Source of the DNA: an uncultured cyanobacterium
GTDB lineage: Bacteria; Cyanobacteriota; Cyanobacteriia; Cyanobacteriales; CAWCAG01
DNA length: 64,000 bases
Direction: 5' to 3'
NCBI GenBank assembly: GCA_963793425.1
Contig: CAWCAG010000005.1
Location: 1,664,001 to 1,728,000 of the forward strand
In this document: positions 1-10,077 of the stretch, one piece after another
How positions within the stretch are numbered: the stretch's first letter is position 1
How the letters are laid out: each line of letters opens with the position of its first letter
The notes under the pieces: model-generated
The model's database searches: none
Told to the model about the DNA's origin: nothing
Seen by the model: only the letters and a program-made list of their open reading frames with translations
Position numbers and translations under genes: made by a program

Positions 1-1
1 T

Positions 2-1683
2 ACCGTTGCTGATTTAACTACTGACGAGCATTTCTCGGCTCTTCAGTTTCCTTGGACATCTCTCAGGCTCAAAGCTGTTTTGGCTATTACTACCTATTTC
101 CAGAATAGTGCTAATGGCATAATTGTTCTGGGTAGTTTTCAACCCCAAAAGTTTGCCGAGCAACATCAAAATTTGCTCAAGAAAATTGCTAAATTTATCA
201 CTGTTGCTATTTCTCAGTCTCAGCTTAAGCAGCAAGCGCACCTAAGTACCAAGTACCAAACTTTGGTCAAGGAAATGAGCAAAACTATCAGTAAGGCTTC
301 TGAGCCAGAAGCGATGCTCAGTCATACCCTAGCTGAAGCTGCTCATACCTTGCAAGTGGATCGTGGCTGGCTTTTGATGCTTAAATATGCTAATCCCCTT
401 TCCAAAACCGAAGCTAAAGCTAAAGTTATTTATCATTGGTCAGCAGATACTAACACTATTGAGTCTCCCAGTGGTCCGACAAGCATTACTAATTACTCTT
501 TTTGGGTTACAGATTGTTTTTTATGTCAAGAGGCTTTAGAGAAAGCACCGCAGTTAGTGACTGTTGCCAACTCTAAGGATTTGCCTCAGCTTCAACAAGA
601 AGAGCAACCAGCTTGCTTTTTTGATTTAAAAGCGTTGCCAGCCTTATTGCTAGCACCTTTAATGGGGCGTGCTAGCAACAATTCTACTCAAAGAGTAGTT
701 TTAGGCTTTTTTGTTCTCCAACATCACCAACCCAAAGTTTGGCAGCCAGAAGAAATTGAGTTAGTTAAATGGGTAAGCACTCAAGCTAGTACCGCAGTAG
801 TTCACGACCAAACTTTGCGTCAGGTACAATCTTTAGTAGAAGAGCGTACCCTCCAACTCAGAAGAAGTTTGGAGGTACAGGCAATGTTATACGATAAAAC
901 CAGGCAGCAAGTAGAGCAACTTCGGCGTTTAAATCAGCTAAAAGATGAATTTGTGACGAATATGAGTCATGAGTTGAAGACTCCTTTAGCAAGTATGAAA
1001 ATTGCCATCAGAATGCTCAACCAACCCCAATTATCTTCTGAGCAACAAGGAAGATATTTGGGTATCTTAGAACAGGAGTGGAACCGAGAATACAATCTCA
1101 TTCAAGATTTTCTTACTCTTCAGGATGTAGAATCTAATCAATTTGTTATTTATCCCCAACAGTTTGAACTTCAACCGGTAATTGAGGAATTAGTTCAAGG
1201 TTTTGCTCAGAAATGGCAGCAGGTTAGAAATCTGAATTTGGAGCTTAACTATATTTCCCAAATATCCCCTGATACTTCTTGGGTGATGTATACAGATTTA
1301 TCTAGCTTCAAACGTATTTTCCAAGAACTCCTTACCAATGCCGGGAAATTTGCCCCGAAAAATAGTACGATTAGCTTCGGTATTCAACAAAAACTTCAAG
1401 GGGAAAAGCAAAAGACCACTTTTTCTCTTACTAATGCAGGCTCTGGTATTTCTCCTGAAGAACAAAGCTATATATTTGATCCTTTTCGTCGGGGTAAAGG
1501 GGCTACAGAGGGGCCGTACCCGGTACAGGTTTAGGTTTAGCTTTAGTTAAGTGTTTAGTACAGCATCTCAATGGCACAATAGATGTGTCTAGTTCTGTTG
1601 CTCAAGATAATTTTCCAGGAAAAAGTTCTTTCATTGTCACTCTACCTCAACTGAATAAGCAGCTAACTAATCTTGATGGATAG
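2..1683 (+). CDS. GAF-domain sensor histidine kinase, 5'-partial, with a frameshift at about 1510-1513
   Basis: Frame open from the window edge. H-box (NMSHELKTPL), N-box (ELLTNAGKF) and G1/F boxes are in ORF 80..1534. The G2 box AVPGTGLGLALVK...FIVTLPQ continues in another frame from 1513 to TAG at 1681-1683; one G appears to be missing from the GAGGGG run. Confidence 0.85.
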
Positions 1684-1695
1684 CCCATCACTTTT

Positions 1696-3378
1696 ATGCT
1701 CACCACCACTGCATCAAAGCCATTACATTGGCAACGTACTCGTTATTCGACTTGGCAACGCCAGGTTGAAGTTTTTGGTGCAGCAAGTAAGTTTTCCTTT
1801 TTTTTGTTTTGGGATCGGCTTTTCGGACGTAACTCCCCTCAACAAAGGAATAAACGCGCCCATTGGTTGGTTAATAAACTGCTGAGTTTAGGGCCAACTT
1901 TTATTAAAATTGGTCAATCTCTTTCTACCCGCGCTGACCTTTTACCTTTGGAATATATTCAGGTATTAAGTAAGTTGCAAGACCGCGTTCCTCAGTTTGA
2001 TTCAGTAGATGCTATTAATGTGATTGAAACTGAATTAGGTAACTCTGTCCACACTTTGTATCAGGATTTTGACCGTTTCCCCATCGCTTCAGCTAGTTTA
2101 GGACAGGTACATAAAGCTAAATTACATACAGGGGAAGATGTTGTTGTTAAGGTACAACGTCCTGGTTTAAAAGAATTATTTAACCTCGATTTTGAAGTCC
2201 TTCGTAATTTAGTACGTTTTGCTAATCGTTATTTACCGGGAACAAGAAAGTACGATTTTGAAGCTATTTACCAAGAGTTTTTCCAGATTCTTTACCAAGA
2301 AATTGATTATGTTCACGAAGGGAAAAATGCTACTCGTTTTCGAGAGAACTTTCTTGATTATCCTCACATTTTAGTTCCAGAAGTTTATTGGCGCTACACT
2401 ACTAAAAAAGTTCTTACTTTAGAATATTTGCCAGGGATTAAAATTGATGATCGTCAAACTTTAGAATCTTGCCAGATTAACACTAAAGAGATTATTCAAT
2501 TAGGTATTTGTTGTTATCTCAAACAACTACTCCAAGATGGCTTTTTTCAGTCTGATCCTCACCCTGGTAATATGGCGGTTAACCAAGAAGGAAAGTTAAT
2601 CTTTTATGATTTTGGTACTATGGCAGAGGTTAAGCCCATTGCTAAAGAACAAATGGTGAAAACTTTTTTTGCGGTGTTGAAAAAGGATACAGAAGAGGTG
2701 GTTGATACTCTCACCTACATGGGCTTAATTGAACCAGTGCCGGATATGACTCCTGTTAAGCGTTTAATTGCTTTTATTTTGGAGAAGTTTACCGAAAAAC
2801 CGGTGGATATCCGAGAATTTGATGCTCTACGTAACGAAATATACTCTATGTTTGAGCAGCAACCTTTTCGCTTGCCAGGGCAAATGACTTTAATTGTTAA
2901 ATCCCTAACTACTTTAGATGGTATTGCTCGTCGCCTCGATCCTGAATATAATCTCGTTGCTGCTAGTCAGCCTTTTATTCGCAGCCTAACCATTTCTGGG
3001 GGTGTTAAGGGGAATCTGGTGGGAGAATTGGCTCGACAAGCTAAGGATTTTATTACTTACAAGCTTAAGCAGCCTAGCAAAACAGCGAGGATTTTAGAAA
3101 GCTTACAATCTCGCTTGGAAAGGGGAGAAATTGAACTTCGTGTTCGCTCCCAAGAAAGCGATCGCCTCTTACAACGCAACTATTTTGGTATTAAATGCCT
3201 AATTTATACTTGTATTTCTGGTTTTACTTTGGTAGCCGGGACAGTTTTGTTACTTGCTTCCTATAAAATTGCTGGGATCGCCTCTTTAATCTTTTCCGGA
3301 TTGTGGTTTGTTATTTTGCTACGTTCTTTAATTAAGTTGAATCTCACTGAAAGATTAGATCGTTTAGGCGATCGTTAA
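1696..3378 (+). CDS. AarF/ABC1/UbiB family atypical kinase
   Basis: LGPTFIKIGQSLSTR, ASASLGQVH, VVVKVQRPG, DPHPGN and DFG motifs; two C-terminal TM helices. Confidence 0.93.
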   Translation: MLTTTASKPLHWQRTRYSTWQRQVEVFGAASKFSFFLFWDRLFGRNSPQQRNKRAHWLVNKLLSLGPTFIKIGQSLSTRADLLPLEYIQVLSKLQDRVPQFDSVDAINVIETELGNSVHTLYQDFDRFPIASASLGQVHKAKLHTGEDVVVKVQRPGLKELFNLDFEVLRNLVRFANRYLPGTRKYDFEAIYQEFFQILYQEIDYVHEGKNATRFRENFLDYPHILVPEVYWRYTTKKVLTLEYLPGIKIDDRQTLESCQINTKEIIQLGICCYLKQLLQDGFFQSDPHPGNMAVNQEGKLIFYDFGTMAEVKPIAKEQMVKTFFAVLKKDTEEVVDTLTYMGLIEPVPDMTPVKRLIAFILEKFTEKPVDIREFDALRNEIYSMFEQQPFRLPGQMTLIVKSLTTLDGIARRLDPEYNLVAASQPFIRSLTISGGVKGNLVGELARQAKDFITYKLKQPSKTARILESLQSRLERGEIELRVRSQESDRLLQRNYFGIKCLIYTCISGFTLVAGTVLLLASYKIAGIASLIFSGLWFVILLRSLIKLNLTERLDRLGDR

Positions 3379-3405
3379 AATACAAATAATTTAGCTAGTT
3401 AATTT

Positions 3406-4233
3406 TTGATGGTAGACCAAAGCCAGCTAGGTTTGCTTAAAAGAAGTGTCAAGGAGTGGAATAAGTGGAGGTTCAACAATCCTAGACTTGAGTTGGAACT
3501 TAGTTATGCCAACCTTAATTACCTCAACCTAAGAAACTCTGACCTCAGTTATGCCAACCTTAGTTACGCCAACCTGAGAGGGGTAGACCTCGATCATGCT
3601 GACCTCATTGAAGCTAATCTCAGAAGTGCTAACCTCGGTAAAAGCAACCTGAGAAGTTCCGACCTTAGTTATGCTAACCTCGGTTATGCCAACCTTAGTT
3701 ACGCTAATTTGAGAAGTTCTAACCTAAGAAATTCTAGCCTGAGAGGAGCCGACCTCATAGAAACTGACTTGAGAGGAGCAGAGCTACAAGAAGCCAACCT
3801 CATCGAAGCTGACTTGAGAGGGGCTGACTTAAGAGGGGCTGACCTGATTGGAGCCGACCTGAGTAGCGTTCAAGCCCTCGGCACAAATTTCCAAAATGCC
3901 AATTTAACCGGGGCTTGTATTCAAGACTGGAATATTAACAGTGGAACCCAATTTGCTCAGGTGATTTGCAAGTGTATTTACTTGAAATATGAACACCGAA
4001 AAGCGGAAATACAGCAATTATTGGAGCAATTGGAGAAGTCTTACCCCACAGAAACTACAACAGGCAAGATGCAATTGGCTACTGAGGCGATCGCTAGGAT
4101 TGAAAATAATCCTAGTCTCAAAGCTAAAATTATTAGCAGTTTAAAAGCTGGTAGTATTGCCGCGTTTGAGCAGTTTCTTAACCATCCTGCTGCTAGTTTT
4201 GTTATTGCTGCGTTTGAAGAGTTTAAGCAATAA
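3406..4233 (+). CDS. Pentapeptide-repeat protein with cyanobacterial C-terminal helical tail (probably internally shortened)
   Basis: About 25 A(D/N)LxxA-type repeats, then ANLTGACIQDWNIN, then AEIQQLLEQLEKSYP...FLNHPAASFVIAA. Confidence 0.85.
   Translation: MMVDQSQLGLLKRSVKEWNKWRFNNPRLELELSYANLNYLNLRNSDLSYANLSYANLRGVDLDHADLIEANLRSANLGKSNLRSSDLSYANLGYANLSYANLRSSNLRNSSLRGADLIETDLRGAELQEANLIEADLRGADLRGADLIGADLSSVQALGTNFQNANLTGACIQDWNINSGTQFAQVICKCIYLKYEHRKAEIQQLLEQLEKSYPTETTTGKMQLATEAIARIENNPSLKAKIISSLKAGSIAAFEQFLNHPAASFVIAAFEEFKQ
4174..4233 (+). repeat. 60-bp direct repeat, copy 1 (last 20 codons of the pentapeptide gene)
   Basis: tttcttaaccatcctgctgctagttttgttattgctgcgtttgaagagtttaagcaataa; 54/60 identical to 5169-5228. 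Confidence 0.9.
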
Positions 4234-4309
4234 GAGAACGATTGTCAGTAAACAGTAAACAGTTATCAGTAAACAGAGTTGCGATCGCACATTTTGCCAA
4301 ATTGAAAAT

Positions 4310-4645
4310 TTATCTTTCTTGCTCAAAAATTTCCATCAATTCATCTGGTGTCAAATCAAAAGTATCTAACCACCAAGCAGCTAAAGCCAGTAAATTCATA
4401 GCTGTTGGGCTAGGCTGGCGATAGGATTTTAGTTGAGGGTTTTGCATCCAATGTCTCACTGTTTCTTCGCTTACTCCTGCTAGCAAAGCTATAGTCGGAT
4501 AGTTGACTGGGGCATAACGAACAGAAAACTGTCTCGGTTCTAAGCTACCCCATAACCAATTTTGAAACTCGGTTGCCTCCGGAGTATCAGGTATCATTTT
4601 CTTGTCTTTTTTCGTATGTATCAAACTAGCTGTCGTTAGAGTCAT
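4310..4645 (-). CDS. Small HTH-like protein (cyanobacterial EPxxF...IAxxAGVSxxTVxxW type)
   Basis: IALLAGVSEETVRHW is a helix-turn-helix pattern, followed by YRQPSPTAMNLLAL. Confidence 0.65.
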   Translation of the reverse strand: MTLTTASLIHTKKDKKMIPDTPEATEFQNWLWGSLEPRQFSVRYAPVNYPTIALLAGVSEETVRHWMQNPQLKSYRQPSPTAMNLLALAAWWLDTFDLTPDELMEIFEQER

Positions 4646-4709
4646 TTACTCATTACATCTCTAGTTTCTTAGAATATCAGATTATAGGTAGATTGGTAAC
4701 AAAGATTTT

Positions 4710-5012
4710 TTATTTATATTTTTCTTGCTCCAGTAATTCTTGAATTTCATGAAGTCTTACATTCACTTCTCTAAGGGTATCTTCCTTCTTGAGGGTGACT
4801 AAAACACTGTCAGGACGTTTAGAAAAATCAGGGCCCCATTTAGAAATTGTACTTGGTGCAAGTTTTGTAACCCTTGCCAATTCTTCAACGCAGGCTTTAA
4901 AATAACCCCATTCACCAGGCCTTATTTCTTTGATCCACTTAGCACAGAATTCGTGTGGTTCCATTTGGCTTTCTTTATCCACTTTAAGTAGTTTGGGAAT
5001 ATTTTCTAGCAA
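4710..5012 (-). CDS. Small HTH-like protein (possible ATG start at 4964)
   Basis: MEPHEFCAKW...ELARVTKLAPSTISKWG is HTH-like and shares the EPxxF motif with the neighbouring ORF. Confidence 0.6.
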   Translation of the reverse strand: MLENIPKLLKVDKESQMEPHEFCAKWIKEIRPGEWGYFKACVEELARVTKLAPSTISKWGPDFSKRPDSVLVTLKKEDTLREVNVRLHEIQELLEQEKYK

Positions 5013-5168
5013 TCTCTGTGCAAGTTAGGAAGTCACCATTTTTGCTGCCAGTAAAATATTTAGGTACTTTGGAAATACTTTCTTCGTGTTATTTCAATGT
5101 TCGTATAGTAATGAGATAATTAGGATACCCTGAAGAAGAAATTTAGTTGGGTGGTGAGCGCATTTCAT

Positions 5169-5228
5169 TTTCTTAACCATCCTGCTGCTAGTTTTGTTAT
5201 CGCTATCCTTGAGGAGTTTAAGCAATAA
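5169..5228 (+). repeat. 60-bp direct repeat, copy 2 (orphan gene tail FLNHPAASFVIAILEEFKQ*)
   Basis: 54/60 identical to 4174-4233; its TAA overlaps the ATG at 5228. Confidence 0.9.
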
Positions 5229-5311
5229 TGGAGGATAAAAATTTCGGTATTGGTGATTTGAGTGAGGGTAAGATTGACAATTCTAAAATTGCTGGAGTGC
5301 TAAACGAAGCT
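5228..5311 (+). pseudogene. Fragment resembling the linker that precedes the 'AEIQQLLEQL' tail in this protein family
   Basis: MEDKNFGIGDLSEGKIDNSKIAGVLNEA, then the reading degenerates. Similarity is recalled from cyanobacterial proteins, not searched. Confidence 0.45.
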
Positions 5312-5390
5312 CCTACAATAGTCTCAGGATTGCTTTTTAGTGACTTTTACTCTAAAATACTATGCCAGCATAGTTTATTTCTGTATTGTT

Positions 5391-5852
5391 ATGGAATACA
5401 TCACTACCTCCCAAGCAGCCAAAATGTTGAGAGTTACTCAAAGAAGAGTACTTTGCTTACTTCAACAACAACGCATCAAAGGAGCTTATAAAAAAGATTT
5501 TGCTTGGGCAATTCCTTTGTATTGCGGCAAACCCAAAGTTTCTCGTGGCACGAGAGGCCCTGCTCCTCGTTGGGCTAAACCTCGTTCCCGCGCTGTGAAG
5601 ATGATTCAGGTTAAGAGGCAGCAAATTAAGAGCAATTCCATCAACAATGAGTTTGAGGCGGTGATAAGTGTTAAGCAAAATGGTCACAAGACTAGGCAAG
5701 GCCACGAATTAAAGATTCAAGGCCCTTGTCACATGATTTACCATCGAGATCAAAAGAACTCTCAAGGAGCAAGGTTATGGATAGAAACCTATGCAGACGT
5801 GGAACTTACTGATAAGTCCAATAATGAGGAATGGCTCATTGTCAATTTTTAA
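5391..5852 (+). CDS. Excisionase/MerR-like HTH DNA-binding protein with phage-like C-terminal domain
   Basis: ITTSQAAKMLRVTQRRVLCLLQQQRIKGAYK HTH; C-terminal VISVKQ...GHELKIQGP...GARLWIET. Confidence 0.65.
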   Translation: MEYITTSQAAKMLRVTQRRVLCLLQQQRIKGAYKKDFAWAIPLYCGKPKVSRGTRGPAPRWAKPRSRAVKMIQVKRQQIKSNSINNEFEAVISVKQNGHKTRQGHELKIQGPCHMIYHRDQKNSQGARLWIETYADVELTDKSNNEEWLIVNF

Positions 5853-6973
5853 CTCAACCAACCCCTCAACCGACGAGCAACTTGAGGACGACGTAACTTA
5901 CGCATAGCTTTGCTTTGGATTTGGCGTACCCTTTCCCTTGAAAGGTTAAACATACAGCCTACTTCCTCTAAAGTATGGGGCTGGCTGGTAGCTAAACCGT
6001 AGCGTAAAGCAATAACATCTTTCTCCCTTTCTGTTAAGACATCGCTCAAGACATCAGAAATTTCTTGGCGCATCATTGTCTCGCTCATTTGCTCTTCTGG
6101 CAGAGCCATATCATTATCTTCAAGCAAATCCACTAATTCGGTATCTTCTCCTTTGCCCACACGATGGTTAAGAGAAAGAGATTGGCGACGCAATTGCATT
6201 AATTGACGTAGCTGCGGCGGAGAGACTTCTAACTCTGCGGCTAATTCGTCTTCTGTGGGGTTGCGCTGCAAATTTTGCTTGAGATTACGTTGAGCTTTTT
6301 TAAGTTTGTTGAGTTTTTCGACAATATGAATCGGTAGACGTATTGTCCGAGCATCATTGGCGATAGTGCGGGTAATAGCTTGGCGAATCCACCAATAAGC
6401 ATAGGTAGAAAATTTGTACCCTTTATTAGCATCAAACTTTTCTGCGGCGCGATTTAAACCAATAGCTCCTTCTTGAATTAAATCCAGGAAAGGTACACCC
6501 CGATTTAAGTAACGTTTGGCGATGGAAACTACTAACCTTAAGTTGGAGCGAATCATTTTGCGTTTCGCAACTCGCCCTTGATATAACTGATATTCCAACT
6601 GACGCGGAGTTAAATCTAAAGCTTCAGCTATTTCTGCTTTGGTAGGAGTTCTTTGTAACTTTCCTTCTAGCTCAAATTTTTCTTCTTCTACGGTGACAAC
6701 GAACTTGACACGGTTAGAAAGCTGAACTTCTTCTTCTGGTTTTAGTAGGGGGTAGCGAGACATTTCTTTAAAAAATGCTCCTACAGTATCGTCAGAATCT
6801 GTTTTACTGTATCCTGAAAAACGTTTATTTCCTAATTCCGATCCTGGCTCAGAAAATTCTATCTCAACGGTTTTTAAGTCTAGTTCGATATTTCCACTGT
6901 CGGCTTCATAGGATGTATTTGTACTAACTTGAGAAGGGGAATTTTTATTAGGGTCGAGTTCAGCAATACTCAT
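5849..6973 (-). CDS. sigE: Group 2 RNA polymerase sigma factor, SigE type
   Basis: DTVGAFFKEMSRYPLL, NLRLVVSIAKRYLNRGVPFLDLIQEG, RTIANDARTIRLPIH and RRPQVARRLRGWL match cyanobacterial SigE. Confidence 0.88.
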   Translation of the reverse strand: MSIAELDPNKNSPSQVSTNTSYEADSGNIELDLKTVEIEFSEPGSELGNKRFSGYSKTDSDDTVGAFFKEMSRYPLLKPEEEVQLSNRVKFVVTVEEEKFELEGKLQRTPTKAEIAEALDLTPRQLEYQLYQGRVAKRKMIRSNLRLVVSIAKRYLNRGVPFLDLIQEGAIGLNRAAEKFDANKGYKFSTYAYWWIRQAITRTIANDARTIRLPIHIVEKLNKLKKAQRNLKQNLQRNPTEDELAAELEVSPPQLRQLMQLRRQSLSLNHRVGKGEDTELVDLLEDNDMALPEEQMSETMMRQEISDVLSDVLTEREKDVIALRYGLATSQPHTLEEVGCMFNLSRERVRQIQSKAMRKLRRPQVARRLRGWLS

Positions 6974-7488
6974 AACTTTGACTTTAATTAAAGAATAGGG
7001 GAGATTAATGTTTTGCTAAAAAAAATTAGGTTTATTAGTACTTAATCCGGCCGTATTTTCTATGGTACTCATGGAAGAGGTGGAGATTTTGTTACGTTGA
7101 CTACCAGAGTCCTTGATAGTAATTTGCCTAAGAAAATAGAAAAACCCAATTTTTAGACCAAGGAAGAAAATTGCCGTTCAGCTTAACTGACTAAATTTGG
7201 TTGATTATTGAACTACCTGAAAGCCGATTTCTTTCAAGGTTAAATTAACTACATAAATTCAGTCAGCTTTTTTGAAGAAAGAGACGAGAAATATTTTTGC
7301 TCTCATATTGATTGAGTGGCCAACATTAAAGTTCGGGCTTAAAAACAGCATCTCACAAATAATTGAATTTCCTCTCTATCAAGAGTGAGAAAAGTGCGGA
7401 TTTTTTTCTATTTAATCTAAGAGCAAGAAGTTCTAAGCTGGGTTAATCAAGTTAAAATAAAACTTAGTCTTGCTGCTTAATTTCTCTT

Positions 7489-9969
7489 ATGTCCATTTCC
7501 GTAGCAGAGCCTGGAGCTTCTTACCAAGGGCGCGATCGCTTCAAATCACAAAAGTTTATTGAAGTATTGGTATATTGCCCTGGAGTCCAAGAGTTGTATA
7601 CCTATGAACTACCAGATGATTTAACCGTTGAGCCAGGGTATATTGTCATAGTTCCCTTCGGAGCGCAAATCTTAGCAGGTATCGCCATTCGCTGTGTTGA
7701 TTCTCCTCCACCAGGTTTGGCTCCCCAAGATATTCGAGAAATAGAGGATGTAACTAGCTCAGGATTCTTTCCTCCTTTTTATTGCCAACTACTCCACCGC
7801 ATCGCACAATATTACTGTGTTCCTTTGATTGAGGTGATTCGCGCCGCTTTGCCTCCTGGTTTGCTAAAGGGTTATCAAAGGCGCATTCGCTTACAAACAG
7901 ATTCATTGCCCCCAGGATGGGAAGCTTTTTGCAGCAGCGCAGCACAGAAAATTGTGCAACTCCTTTTATCTCAAGCTAACAGAGATTACAGCGCCAAACA
8001 TCTTTATCGCCAAGTTAGGGGAGGAGAGAAAGGAATAAAAGAATTAATTAAACGAGGTTGGGTAGAAAGTTACCTCGAACCCCCAAAACCTCCTCGCCCA
8101 AAACAACAAAAAGCAGTTACCTTAATCGCTAATTCCCTCCCCACCAAACTAACACCTAAACAAAGAGAAGTTTGGGAGATACTGCGGCGTAGGGGAGGGG
8201 AACTTTGGTTACAAGAACTATTACAAATTTGCCACACTAGTTCTTCTGTGGTTGAGAATTTGGAAAGTAAAGGTTGTGTTGTTATCGAAGCTAGGGAAAG
8301 GTTGCGTACCCTACAAGAATTAATGCCGGAAAGGGACAAAGAGAAAAACTTAACCCCAGAACAGTTCCTCGCTTCAACCGCTATTTCCAGCTTAGAAAGC
8401 TATACTCAAATACTGCTCCACGGAGTCACAGGTTCAGGGAAAACAGAAGTATATTTGCAGGCGATCGCACCATTATTAACAGCAGGTAAATCTGTTTTAG
8501 TCTTAGTGCCAGAAATCGGCTTAACTCCCCAATTAACAGACCGTTTCCGCGCTCGTTTTGGTAACAAAGTTTGGGTTTATCATAGTGGCCTTAATTCAGG
8601 GGAACGCTATGACACCTGGCGTAGTTTAATTAACCAAGAAGCTAGTATTGTTATTGGTACTCGTTCAGCGATTTTTGCACCCTTAAGCAATTTGGGTTTA
8701 ATTATTCTTGATGAAGAACATGATTCTAGTTACAAACAAGATGACGTTACGCCAACTTACCATGCCCGTACTGTAGCGAAATGGCGGGCAGAATTAGCAG
8801 ATTGTCCCTTAATTTTGGGTTCTGCAACCCCTTCTATTACAACTTGGGTGGAAGTTCACTCCACCGAAAAGGAAAATAACTTGTACCTTTCCTTACCCAA
8901 TAGAGTTCAATCTCGTCCCTTACCCCCAGTAGAAATTGTTGATTTGCGGCGAGAACTTCAGCAAGGCAACCGCTCTATTTTTAGTAGTTCCCTCCAAAAT
9001 GCTTTAGAAAGGTTGCAACAACGAAAAGAACAGGGCATACTCTTTATTCCTCGTCGTGGTTATAGCACCTTCGTTTCCTGCCGTAGCTGCGGTTATGTTA
9101 TCGAATGTCCCCATTGTGATGTTTCCCTTTCCTATCACCATACCCACCAACAAGCCACAGAATTACTACGGTGTCATTACTGCAACCATACCCAAGTTCA
9201 GCCCCGTAGTTGTCCTGAATGCAATTCCCCTTATTTCAAACATTTTGGTACTGGGACACAAAAAGTTGCCCAGGAATTGAGTAAAAGCTTTCCGGAGTTG
9301 CGTTTCATCCGCTTTGACAGCGATACAACCCGTACCAAAGGCGCACATCGCATTCTCTTAACCCGTTTTGCCAAAGGGGAGGCAGATTTATTAATCGGCA
9401 CGCAAATGCTTACTAAGGGTTTAGATTTAGCCCAAGTTACCTTAGTGGGGGTGGTTGCAGCCGATGGGCTATTACACCAAGAAGATTACTGCGCCAGTGA
9501 AAGAGCTTTCCAGAATTTGACCCAAGTGGCAGGGAGGGCAGGAAGGGGAAGCGAACCGGGTAAAGTGATTATCCAAACCTACTCTCCTCATCATCCGGTT
9601 ATAGAAGCAGTTAAAAACCATGATTACCATAGTTTTATTGCCGATGCCTTAGCCCAGCGCCAAGATTGTAATTATCCTCCCTATGGACGTTTAATCCTCC
9701 TGAAACTGAAAGGTTTATCCCCTTTAGATGTGGCTAAAACTGCTGAGGCGATCGCCAATTCCTGTGAACAACTTTCGACTTCAAACTACGAAATTCTTGG
9801 CCCCGCCCCAGCCAGAATAATGCGCGTTGCCCGTCGTCACCATTGGCAAATTCTCCTTAAGTTTCCTCCTGAAGCAGAAGTTGATGTTTCTAAGTTAATT
9901 CAGTTACGGAATTTGTGTCCGCAAGGAGTTAGTTTAACAATTAATGTTGATCCTTTAAGTATGGAGTGA
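7489..9969 (+). CDS. priA: Primosomal protein N'
   Basis: HGVTGSGKTEVY, DEEHD, four CxxC pairs, GTQMLTKGLD, QVAGRAGRG. Confidence 0.97.
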   Translation: MSISVAEPGASYQGRDRFKSQKFIEVLVYCPGVQELYTYELPDDLTVEPGYIVIVPFGAQILAGIAIRCVDSPPPGLAPQDIREIEDVTSSGFFPPFYCQLLHRIAQYYCVPLIEVIRAALPPGLLKGYQRRIRLQTDSLPPGWEAFCSSAAQKIVQLLLSQANRDYSAKHLYRQVRGGEKGIKELIKRGWVESYLEPPKPPRPKQQKAVTLIANSLPTKLTPKQREVWEILRRRGGELWLQELLQICHTSSSVVENLESKGCVVIEARERLRTLQELMPERDKEKNLTPEQFLASTAISSLESYTQILLHGVTGSGKTEVYLQAIAPLLTAGKSVLVLVPEIGLTPQLTDRFRARFGNKVWVYHSGLNSGERYDTWRSLINQEASIVIGTRSAIFAPLSNLGLIILDEEHDSSYKQDDVTPTYHARTVAKWRAELADCPLILGSATPSITTWVEVHSTEKENNLYLSLPNRVQSRPLPPVEIVDLRRELQQGNRSIFSSSLQNALERLQQRKEQGILFIPRRGYSTFVSCRSCGYVIECPHCDVSLSYHHTHQQATELLRCHYCNHTQVQPRSCPECNSPYFKHFGTGTQKVAQELSKSFPELRFIRFDSDTTRTKGAHRILLTRFAKGEADLLIGTQMLTKGLDLAQVTLVGVVAADGLLHQEDYCASERAFQNLTQVAGRAGRGSEPGKVIIQTYSPHHPVIEAVKNHDYHSFIADALAQRQDCNYPPYGRLILLKLKGLSPLDVAKTAEAIANSCEQLSTSNYEILGPAPARIMRVARRHHWQILLKFPPEAEVDVSKLIQLRNLCPQGVSLTINVDPLSME

Positions 9970-10077
9970 TTTAACTAAACATTTATTAGTTTTAGTGGTA
10001 GAGTATCAAAAATCTCTCAAAGTTAAAAGCCACATTAATATCTGTTCGATATTTTACTAGCTATCCAAAGGGTAATC

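Noticed and set aside
4174..5228. Diversity-generating retroelement TR/VR pair
   Set aside because: The six mismatches are not restricted to adenines, and no reverse transcriptase is present.
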